Positions 17,426 through 24,613 of a stretch of DNA of 28,113 bases are shown here, piece by piece; positions within the stretch are counted from its first letter, which is position 1; every line of letters starts with the position of its first letter. The position numbers and the translations under genes are program-made. Source of the stretch: a virus (taxonomy: Duplodnaviria; Caudoviricetes); the IMG/VR virus record IMGVR_UViG_3300024308_000054, positions 1-28,113 of that record; one strand, written 5' to 3'. The notes under the pieces were generated by a model that made no database searches, was not told the origin of the DNA, and saw nothing but the letters and a program-made list of their open reading frames with translations.

Positions 17426-17881
17426 ATGGATTTTGGAGACATTCCTGCCTGGATTGCGCTGATCGTTTCCGGCTGGACGCTTTACAAGCAGTCTCGAACC
17501 GATAACGCAGCGCAAAAGAGAGAGCAACTGGCACATAAGATTGCTCGCCTTGATGCAATTGAAGCTGCGCTGGGCGAAATCAGGACAACAGCGGCTGCAT
17601 ACTGGCTGTTCCCAGAGGGAACAGCAGCCAAGGAGGGGCTTATGCTACTTCATCACCTGAAGACCCTGTCAGGTGAGTGCGACAGGAATCGCGATCTCCT
17701 TTGGGCAGACGCTTGGCGCCATGCGCTCGATCTGAAAATGGAAATGACCGGGGCTGATTTTCAACAGCAAGGTCGCCCCGGCCGTCCAGCTAACGATCCC
17801 TTGATCAGGAAATTCACCGAAACCTTCACCGCATTCTCGGAAAACCTCCGTAGAACTCGAGCAGCTTTAACAGCTGACTGA
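17426..17881 (+). CDS. Membrane-anchored hypothetical protein
   Basis: 151 aa from ATG 17426; single N-terminal hydrophobic helix (IPAWIALIVSGWTLY) followed by a helical soluble region. Confidence 0.7.
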   Translation: MDFGDIPAWIALIVSGWTLYKQSRTDNAAQKREQLAHKIARLDAIEAALGEIRTTAAAYWLFPEGTAAKEGLMLLHHLKTLSGECDRNRDLLWADAWRHALDLKMEMTGADFQQQGRPGRPANDPLIRKFTETFTAFSENLRRTRAALTAD

Positions 17882-17892
17882 GCAAAGAAGCG

Positions 17893-18201
17893 TCAGAACG
17901 GCGCCTCCCCCTCCACCGCCACCAGCTCTCCCTCCTCCACCACCTGGTCACCCTCCCCGACCAACGCCCACCTCAGCGTCACCGAACCGTCGTCGTTCAG
18001 CGTCACCTCCAGCGCATCCTCCTCCATCAGCAAATCCAGCACCGCCTGCCAGGCCTCGTCCGGATCAGTGTCCATCCGGTGAATCGTCACCTGCCTGTCC
18101 AACTGCGCCTTCGGCGAGTTGATCATCGCGCTCACCCGTAGCCCCAGCTTCTCCAGGGCGGTCAGTTCACGGGGTTGCTGCTGCGCTTTCTGCTTGGCCA
18201 T
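17893..18201 (-). CDS. DUF1654-family protein, SOS-regulated
   Basis: 102 aa from ATG 18201 with AGGAGG RBS; 'EKLGLRVSAMINSPKAQLDRQVTIHRMDTD...W...DDGSVTLRW'. Confidence 0.8.
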   Translation of the reverse strand: MAKQKAQQQPRELTALEKLGLRVSAMINSPKAQLDRQVTIHRMDTDPDEAWQAVLDLLMEEDALEVTLNDDGSVTLRWALVGEGDQVVEEGELVAVEGEAPF

Positions 18202-18215
18202 ACGCCCTCCTTTTG

Positions 18216-18231
18216 CTGTACGCATATACAG
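18216..18231. promoter_or_regulatory. LexA (SOS) box
   Basis: CTGTACGCATATACAG = CTGT-N8-ACAG; overlaps a minus-strand -10 (AATACT) with TTGATG 18 bp upstream. Confidence 0.85.
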
Positions 18232-18281
18232 TATTCCAATTTAGGCCAAGCCTCATCAAGGGCAATCTGAGCAAATTTAAT

Positions 18282-18322
18282 TAACCGCCGGTATTGACCA
18301 CAAAGAAACCGGCGGTTAATGT
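18282..18322 (+). promoter_or_regulatory. OL operators and pL promoter
   Basis: TAACCGCCGGTAT (18282) and AAACCGGCGGTTA (18306) match the OR consensus; TTGACC - 17 bp - TAATGT. Confidence 0.88.
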
Positions 18323-18362
18323 TCTTTTCACGCCGCTTAACACCGGCACGCCACCAGGCCAC

Positions 18363-18375
18363 CGCTCTTTAACAA
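18363..18375 (+). promoter_or_regulatory. Extended boxA antitermination element
   Basis: CGCTCTTTAACAA about 35 nt after the pL start. Confidence 0.85.
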
Positions 18376-18845
18376 CCAGCGCCATGAACAGCTAGCCGGG
18401 CAACCGGCGAGGCAGCCCGAGCGGTCTCCTGGCGGGCAAAATGAATCCAGGGGAAGCAACAAACGCCACGCCTGACGGCGACCGGCGCACTGATCCGTAA
18501 GCGAACTGAGGATGCTGCAGGACAGTGCGAGGTGCTGACCGAACCGCGCGAATGACCCGGACGGTGTGGCGAGTAAAACCGAATCGAATAGTGCTCTGAG
18601 CCTCGGCTATGAGGAGCGCCTTACCTCCTGCTGTGTGCCTACATCAATCGGCGCCAGGGGCTGTACGCAGCAGGTTGTATTGACCGATGACCACGCCGCA
18701 ACGCTGATCGAGCGGCGTGAACAGGAAGCCCCGCAGCCACACAAGCAAGCCCATGCCCTGCAATCAGCAGCGGGCAACATGGCGCCTTGATGAGCGACAG
18801 CATCACTGATGCGCCTTGGAAACAGGGCGCATTGGGATGCACAAC
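18376..18845 (+). ncRNA. Long structured pL leader (candidate cis-regulatory RNA)
   Basis: At least seven helices visible by eye, including GNRA-capped hairpins; no convincing ORF. Confidence 0.5.
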
Positions 18846-18856
18846 TGGAGAGCGCA

Positions 18857-19063
18857 ATGAACAACGTAGCCCCCATGCGCATCAGGCGCACCGGAACCAT
18901 CACCGTCACGAAGGGTGAGATTCGCGTCGAAGGCTTCGAGGTCGACGGCGCGACCTGCCGCGAGGCGGCCATCCTCGCCACTACCTGGGCCATCGGCCAG
19001 CTGCAGCGTGAGCTGCACAAGGCCATCCGCGAACCAGGCAAAGCCAACATCCAGCTCGACTGA
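18857..19063 (+). CDS. Hypothetical protein, first pL gene
   Basis: 68 aa from ATG 18857 with GGAG RBS; phage-like codon usage. Confidence 0.7.
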   Translation: MNNVAPMRIRRTGTITVTKGEIRVEGFEVDGATCREAAILATTWAIGQLQRELHKAIREPGKANIQLD

Positions 19064-19433
19064 ATCACCCGCCCTCTCGCGGGTCGCCGGTTGCCCGGCA
19101 AACGGGAGGCGGTCGCGGCACGCTGGCCGACAGAGCAATCCCAGGCGGTCCCAAGTGGTTTCCTGGGTAGCAAGCGCTTCCAGCCAAGGTCTTCCAGCAC
19201 CTCCTACACCGGTACCTGCGCCGGGGCGAAAAGCAGGCCGTCCAACCGCGAGGGTGGATCGGAGAACGGCATGGCTGGCGGTGCGGCATGGGTGTCCAGC
19301 CGCTGGCCAGGCCGCTCCCCGATACACCCTCCCATCAGCATCCATACGCCGCCGCCTTTGCCGGCTGACCTTGCGGAAGTGTCTGCTTCCGGCCAGGGCG
19401 GCGACCTATGCACGCAACCAAACGAGGTGCCCC

Positions 19434-19703
19434 ATGAACATGCTCACCATGGCCCGGGAAAGCATCCTGGAACTCGCCCAAACCCTGCAGCTGGCCCACC
19501 AGGCCCGCGCTGCTTTCGAAGAGCGCCGTGCCGCTCCTGCGCAACAGCCCTACCGCACCCAGGTGGTCGACACCGGGCGCGGCATGGTGCGCGTGGTCGA
19601 GCTGGGCACCGGCCGCGTGCTGGGCTTCCGCCGCAGCTACCGCGAAGCCCGCTGGCTGGCCGACCAACTGGAGCGCGGCGAGCGCCCGCAGGTGTCGGCA
19701 TGA
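19434..19703 (+). CDS. Hypothetical phage protein
   Basis: 89 aa; GAGGT RBS; ATGA overlap with the next gene. Confidence 0.7.
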   Translation: MNMLTMARESILELAQTLQLAHQARAAFEERRAAPAQQPYRTQVVDTGRGMVRVVELGTGRVLGFRRSYREARWLADQLERGERPQVSA

Positions 19704-20359
19704 GTGCCCACGAACAGCGCCTGCAGCAGCAGGTAGAACACTTCCTCGCCGCCGGCGGGCGTGTGCAGGTACTGCCCGGCTTCCAGGGCATCGCCCCGCT
19801 GCCACCTAGGCGCTACACGGCAGCCAAGGCGCCGAGCAACAGAAGCCGAGGCCTGCCCGAATACCGGCAGCTGCTCAGCATGCGCGACGAGCTGCGGGAG
19901 CTGGGCATCAACCACAGCGCCCAGGAGGTTAGCGAGATGAAGGGCATTGCCGCGCAAACCCTGCGCGACTTTGCCCGCGACCATGGCTTCACCTTCCGCA
20001 GCATCGCCGCCCGGCGCTTCACCCCGACCGAGATTGCCAGCATCAAGGCCCTCGCCCAGCGCATGAACGTCACCCAGGCCTCCCGCGAAATAGGCATTGG
20101 CCGCAAGGTGCTCCAGCGCCTGGCCGAGGTCGAAGGCTTCCGCTTCCGCGACGGGCGCGACGATGGTGTCATCAACCTGACCCTCAGCAACCTGGGCGCC
20201 GCCACCTGTGAGCGCCACATCGAGCGCCTGCGTAGCCTGCAGGCAATCGGCCTGAGCGAACGCAGCGCCCTGCGCACGTGCGGGCTGGGTGGGCGGATGT
20301 TCAAGGCGCTCTGCCAGCGGGGCGGCATCACCTGGCCAGCCAGGGAGCCACGCCAATGA
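19700..20359 (+). CDS. SutA-like motif + tandem HTH-like repeats, putative transcription regulator
   Basis: 219 aa from ATG 19700; LQQQVEHFLAAGGRVQVL; three repeats ending GFTF / GFRF / GITW. Confidence 0.65.
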   Translation: MSAHEQRLQQQVEHFLAAGGRVQVLPGFQGIAPLPPRRYTAAKAPSNRSRGLPEYRQLLSMRDELRELGINHSAQEVSEMKGIAAQTLRDFARDHGFTFRSIAARRFTPTEIASIKALAQRMNVTQASREIGIGRKVLQRLAEVEGFRFRDGRDDGVINLTLSNLGAATCERHIERLRSLQAIGLSERSALRTCGLGGRMFKALCQRGGITWPAREPRQ

Positions 20360-20673
20360 GCGCGAAAAGCACCCAGCAACGCTCGGCCGAAGCCGCCGAG
20401 CGCCGCCGCCAGAAGGGCATCGAGGATCTACGCCTGCCGGCACCGCCCGGCACCCGCCAACAGCTGGCCGACCTCATGGCCTGGCACGGCCTCAGCAGCA
20501 TGGCCGAAGCCATGAGCCTGCTCATCCTCAACGCCCACGCCCTTGGCCAGCACGGATCGGCGCCACTGCTCGCCGTGCCGCGCCACGAAATAACCATCAG
20601 CGCCAGCGTAGCGCGCCGCCTGCACAGTGCCGGGGCGCTGGCAGCCGCCCAGCTGGACGCCAGCGAGCAATAG
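20356..20673 (+). CDS. Hypothetical protein (possible ribbon-helix-helix)
   Basis: 105 aa from ATG 20356; basic N-terminal helix, then strand-helix-helix pattern. Confidence 0.65.
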   Translation: MSAKSTQQRSAEAAERRRQKGIEDLRLPAPPGTRQQLADLMAWHGLSSMAEAMSLLILNAHALGQHGSAPLLAVPRHEITISASVARRLHSAGALAAAQLDASEQ

Positions 20674-20682
20674 GTAGGCAAC

Positions 20683-21144
20683 ATGAGCAAACGCAAACCG
20701 CACAACATGCACGCCCGTATGGCCAAAGCCTGCGGCGCGGTCCTGCGCAGCAACCACGTTGCCGTGGTCAACCTCGATCCAAGCGGCCGGCAGGGCATGC
20801 TCAACTGGAAGAACCTCAAGAGCATCCCACCCAGCAAGCGCATCGCTGATGCCGTGTGCGACTACGCGCACCAATGGACCATTTACCTGTCCGGCTTCTG
20901 CATCGACCAAGGCGGCCAGCACTACTACAAGAGCCAGGAGATCGCACCGCAGGGCATCTACAAGGCCGCGCACCTCGATGACGTCATCGAAGCCACCTAC
21001 AAGGCCCTGCTCGCCACCTGCAACCCGCAGCACCTGGCCGGCTCCGGCTGGATAGCCATCCCCAACGCGGTATCCCTCACCGAGCCACAAGCCGCCGCCA
21101 TCTTCGAAGCCGCCGGCGCCTGGCGCCAACAAGCGGCCGCATAA
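20683..21144 (+). CDS. Hypothetical phage protein
   Basis: 153 aa; strong codon bias; MSKRKPHNM...NPQHLAGSGWIAIP. Confidence 0.75.
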   Translation: MSKRKPHNMHARMAKACGAVLRSNHVAVVNLDPSGRQGMLNWKNLKSIPPSKRIADAVCDYAHQWTIYLSGFCIDQGGQHYYKSQEIAPQGIYKAAHLDDVIEATYKALLATCNPQHLAGSGWIAIPNAVSLTEPQAAAIFEAAGAWRQQAAA

Positions 21145-21199
21145 CCCCACACACAGCAAGCCGTCCAGCGGGACGGCATCGCTCGATCTGGAGAAAGCC

Positions 21200-21640
21200 A
21201 TGCACTCATCCGCACTGATCGGCCGCAAAGGCGTTCCGGTCATCTGCCGCACGCTGTCGCCCAGCGAAATCAGAACCGCCATCCAGCCGGATAACGACCG
21301 CGAGGAGTACCTGCTCCTTCTGGCGGAAGAGCAACACATCAGGGCGCTCGCTGCTGAGCAGCTTGGCGACGACTACGACGAAGGCGACGACGAAGAGCTG
21401 ATCAGACACAAGCTGAGCCTCGCGGAGAAGGTAGTGATCGCCAAGCGCCAGGTAGACGACATGCTGCGCCGCATGGAGCACAACCGCGAGCGCACCAACG
21501 AAATTCTTCGCATCGCCAAGCAGGCACTGATGAATCAGTCGATGGTGGCGAGCCCAGAGGCAAGGCTGCAGGGGCTACTGAATGACCTGGGATACCTACG
21601 AAACCTCGTCGGACGAGCCTGGGACGATCTGCGGCTATGA
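21200..21640 (+). CDS. Hypothetical coiled-coil protein
   Basis: 146 aa; GGAG RBS; ATGA overlap with the next gene. Confidence 0.65.
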   Translation: MHSSALIGRKGVPVICRTLSPSEIRTAIQPDNDREEYLLLLAEEQHIRALAAEQLGDDYDEGDDEELIRHKLSLAEKVVIAKRQVDDMLRRMEHNRERTNEILRIAKQALMNQSMVASPEARLQGLLNDLGYLRNLVGRAWDDLRL

Positions 21641-21969
21641 ACCTGCGCGACCAAGGCCACCGCTTCTGCATCAGTCCAGACAGGCAGGAAGGCCGGTGGC
21701 TACACCCGACCGAGAAGGCGCACTTACACCCCGACTGGACTGACGTAACGGACTGGGATAGTGAGCGACTAGCGGACTACCTCACAGCAAAGCTCCTGCC
21801 CCACGGCCCAGCCGAGTGCCAGGCCGCCCAGCTCGACATCTTCAACGACATAGGGACAGCAGAACATGACAAACCTGTCTCCCATTGCCCAGGCAGCGCT
21901 GGATCGGGCCATGGCGCAGCAGGCCACTGCCAAACCAACCAGCAAGCGGCGCGAGTGGAGCAAAGATGA
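21637..21969 (+). CDS. Hypothetical protein with QLDIF motif (3' end overlaps the HNH gene)
   Basis: Coupled start; Trp-rich N-terminal 60 aa; the last ~35 codons overlap the next ORF. Confidence 0.55.
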   Translation: MNLRDQGHRFCISPDRQEGRWLHPTEKAHLHPDWTDVTDWDSERLADYLTAKLLPHGPAECQAAQLDIFNDIGTAEHDKPVSHCPGSAGSGHGAAGHCQTNQQAARVEQR

Positions 21970-22600
21970 GCAGCAGCTCCTCACCCTGCTCTACCCGGAC
22001 ACACCCATGCCCGAACTGGTGAGGCGCTTCGGTCGGGCGGAGCGCGCCATCTACAGCAAGGCCGCGGCCCTCGGCCTGTCCCGCTCTGCCGAATACCTCG
22101 CCAGCGAGCACGCCTGCCGCCTTCGGAAAGGCGACAACGTGGGCGCCGAGCACAGGTTCAAAAAAGGTCATGCCTCCTGGAACGCAGGCCTGAAGGGCTG
22201 GAAGGCGGGAGGTCGCTCTGCCGAGACACGCTTCAAAGCGGGCACTGTCAACGGCAGAGCAGCCCAGCTGGAAAAGCCTGTAGGCCATGAGCGCATCACC
22301 GAAGACGGCATCCTCCAGCGCAAGATTCGCGCAGACGGCCCGCTGCACAAGCGCTGGCAGTCAGTGCACGAAATCATATGGGAGGAGCACCACGGCCCGA
22401 GGCCAGCCGGCCACCTGGTGGTGTTCAAGGATGGAAACCGGCGCAACTTCCAGATCGAGAATCTGGAACTCATCAGCCGCGCCGAAAACTGCCGGCGCAA
22501 CTCAATCCACCGCTACCCGCCCGAGCTGAAGCACGCCATCCGCACCCTGGCCAAGCTCAAGCGCACCATTGAGGACAGCAGCAATGAAGAACCAGCTTGA
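21866..22600 (+). CDS. HNH endonuclease-family protein with N-terminal DNA-binding repeats
   Basis: 244 aa; VHEIIWEEHHGP...VVFKDGNRRNFQIENLELISRAEN; RFKKG/RFKAG repeats. Confidence 0.8.
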   Translation: MTNLSPIAQAALDRAMAQQATAKPTSKRREWSKDEQQLLTLLYPDTPMPELVRRFGRAERAIYSKAAALGLSRSAEYLASEHACRLRKGDNVGAEHRFKKGHASWNAGLKGWKAGGRSAETRFKAGTVNGRAAQLEKPVGHERITEDGILQRKIRADGPLHKRWQSVHEIIWEEHHGPRPAGHLVVFKDGNRRNFQIENLELISRAENCRRNSIHRYPPELKHAIRTLAKLKRTIEDSSNEEPA

Positions 22601-22838
22601 TCTGATCGACCGCATGGGCCGGCTCATGGACGGCATCGAGAGTGGGGCAGTCAGCATCGACAAGGCCAAGGCCATGACGCAGGCAGCCGACGTGATAGTC
22701 CAGATCATGAAAACCGAGGCCGCCGTCTACGCCGCAAGCGAGGGAGCCGCTCTCCCGAGCTTCATCAAGGTTGGCGGAGAGATTGCCCAGATCAGCAGCG
22801 ATCGGGAAGAACGCCTCAAGCGCCTGTCGAGGGCATAG
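22584..22838 (+). CDS. Hypothetical phage protein
   Basis: 84 aa from ATG 22584 with GAGGA RBS. Confidence 0.65.
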   Translation: MKNQLDLIDRMGRLMDGIESGAVSIDKAKAMTQAADVIVQIMKTEAAVYAASEGAALPSFIKVGGEIAQISSDREERLKRLSRA

Positions 22839-22840
22839 CC

Positions 22841-23311
22841 ATGCGCCGCCCAAGCATTCGTGAGAACAACGAACTGCTGAACGCCTTCGATTATGACCAG
22901 CACTACCGCAACACCGAGGCCCGGTTAAAGCTGGAAGAACCAGAGCTGTGGGCCTACGTCATGCAAGTGCGCGGCCCTGAAGGCGAGCAGCCAATCAGCG
23001 CGCTGCCGAGGCCTGGCGATACGATCCGCGACAACACAAGCGGCCATCCACTTCGCGTAGTGCGGGTGTACGAAGCCTGGGATGCCATCAGCATCGAGGC
23101 CAAGACGACAGACCGAAACGCAACCAGTTACTTCAACGGCTACCGGCTGGTCGGTGGGCGCCTGCTCGGCCACAAGTACACGCCAGGAATGGCAGGCTTC
23201 AACATCTACAACCTGGGGCAGGACGAAATCTTCATCCTACGCCGCGCCTACCAGGTGCTGCCTCACGGACGAAAAGCAGTGATGCAGTCCATCCCCGACA
23301 TGTTCGCCTGA
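22841..23311 (+). CDS. Hypothetical protein
   Basis: 156 aa; GAGG RBS; starts 2 nt after the previous stop. Confidence 0.65.
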   Translation: MRRPSIRENNELLNAFDYDQHYRNTEARLKLEEPELWAYVMQVRGPEGEQPISALPRPGDTIRDNTSGHPLRVVRVYEAWDAISIEAKTTDRNATSYFNGYRLVGGRLLGHKYTPGMAGFNIYNLGQDEIFILRRAYQVLPHGRKAVMQSIPDMFA

Positions 23312-23407
23312 GCACACCCCTGCCCAACCGCCATCCTTGCCCGATGCGCGGTCGGCGGGTGAACCCAAACCCTAGACCACATTCACGCCAACTGGCGAGG
23401 AGAAGTC

Positions 23408-23758
23408 ATGCCCGACTTCCAAACCACTTGCGTCCGTTCGGCCCGCAAGGTTCACCGCTGCTGCGAGTGCAATGGCTACATCAATCCAGGCCAGCAGTAT
23501 CAGCTCTGCTCTGGATCTTGGGATGGCCAAATGGACTCCTTCAAGACCTGCTCCGTCTGCCTTGCAGCCAGGGAATGGGCGACCGCCCAGCCCGAGTGGG
23601 CATCCGATGGCGAGCACCTTTATTACTTTGGCCGCTTGCCCGAAGACCTAGCAAACCTTGTGCCAGAGATACCTGTCGGAGACGGCAGGCGATTCCGTTG
23701 CCTGCGCCACCGAGCCCTGATGCGCAAGCAGTGGCTGAACAGAGCTAAGGCCGCATGA
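23408..23758 (+). CDS. Zn-finger-like phage protein
   Basis: 116 aa; ARKVHRCCEC...I.PGQQY...KTCSVC; GAGGAG RBS. Confidence 0.75.
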   Translation: MPDFQTTCVRSARKVHRCCECNGYINPGQQYQLCSGSWDGQMDSFKTCSVCLAAREWATAQPEWASDGEHLYYFGRLPEDLANLVPEIPVGDGRRFRCLRHRALMRKQWLNRAKAA

Positions 23759-23832
23759 CCCCGCTCCAACCCATCTGCCGCGACACCCGCCTGCCCTACC
23801 CCTGCGGCTGCAAACGCTGCAATCCGAACTGA
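23755..23832 (+). CDS. 25-aa Cys-rich microprotein
   Basis: MTPLQPICRDTRLPYPCGCKRCNPN; ATGA overlap with the upstream stop. Confidence 0.45.
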   Translation: MTPLQPICRDTRLPYPCGCKRCNPN

Positions 23833-23859
23833 CAGCGCCGCCCGGCGCGAGGAATAGCC

Positions 23860-24243
23860 ATGACCCCGCTTCTCTATGTAGCTGGCCGCTACCGCGCGCC
23901 GGACCGGGCAGGTATTGCCCAGAACATTGCTGCTGCTCGCCAGGTAGGCCTGGCCGCTGCCCGCCTCGGCTGGTACCCGGTTATCCCGCACAGCAACACC
24001 AGCCACCTCGACCACTACGCGCCGGAGCTTGGCGACGACTACTGGCTGCGCGGGACGCTGGAGTTGATGACCCGCTGCGATGCCCTGGTGCTGGTACCGG
24101 GCTGGGAAACCAGCGAGGGCGCCCAGGCCGAGATTCGCCGGGCCGATGAGCTGCGCATTCCGATCTATCGCTCGCTCGACCTGCTCCCCGGCGCCAACGA
24201 GTTCATCGCCTGGCTGCACTACTCGGAGGCTCGGCAGGCATGA
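23860..24243 (+). CDS. DUF4406 / nucleoside 2-deoxyribosyltransferase-like protein
   Basis: 127 aa; LYVAGRY...PH...CDALVLVPGWETSEGAQAE. Confidence 0.8.
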   Translation: MTPLLYVAGRYRAPDRAGIAQNIAAARQVGLAAARLGWYPVIPHSNTSHLDHYAPELGDDYWLRGTLELMTRCDALVLVPGWETSEGAQAEIRRADELRIPIYRSLDLLPGANEFIAWLHYSEARQA

Positions 24244-24443
24244 CCTCCATGGCCGAATCGCCCACCGTGCGACGCATCAACGCGCTCTGCAAGGAGCGCT
24301 ATCTGCACATCCCCACCGGCAAGCGCTACGTGCTGGAGCTTGAAGTGGCCGGCAGCTGCGAGCTGAAAGGCCTGGACGAGCGCAGCACCTACCAGAGCCG
24401 GGAGAACCTGAACAACCCGAACGTGTGGAGGCGGATTTCATGA
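24240..24443 (+). CDS. Hypothetical protein
   Basis: 67 aa; ATGA overlaps at both ends. Confidence 0.6.
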   Translation: MTSMAESPTVRRINALCKERYLHIPTGKRYVLELEVAGSCELKGLDERSTYQSRENLNNPNVWRRIS

Positions 24444-24613
24444 GCCACGACCCGAAACGCCAGCTGGGCTCTGAGTGCAACTGCAACCAGAACCGCATGC
24501 CCTGCACCTGCGGCAAGTACCGGCGAATGGAGAGCTACGCCGGCCCCATCTACGCCGTCATGGCTGTAGCCGGGCTTCTTACCCTTGGCCTTCTGATTTG
24601 GAGCATGTCATGA
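24440..24613 (+). CDS. Small Cys-rich membrane protein
   Basis: 57 aa from ATG 24440; CNCNQNRMPCTC followed by a C-terminal TM helix; GGAGG RBS. Confidence 0.6.
   Translation: MSHDPKRQLGSECNCNQNRMPCTCGKYRRMESYAGPIYAVMAVAGLLTLGLLIWSMS

Noticed and set aside
18566-18790. 74-aa ORF as a possible N protein
   Set aside because: No good RBS, no Arg-rich motif, and it overlaps multiple RNA helices
18376-19433. CRISPR-like array or tRNA within the hairpin-rich regions
   Set aside because: No repeated unit with regular spacing, and no cloverleaf with T-loop or CCA
19091-19699. N-terminal extension of the 422-aa ORF (and of the 262-aa ORF 18915-19703)
   Set aside because: Runs through the structured non-coding block; better starts with RBS or ATGA coupling exist at 19434 and 19700
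23315-23361. Intergenic hairpins at 23315-23361 and 26616-26634 as terminators
   Set aside because: Stems are present but have no U-tract; they may be mRNA processing or stability elements, but there is not enough to call them
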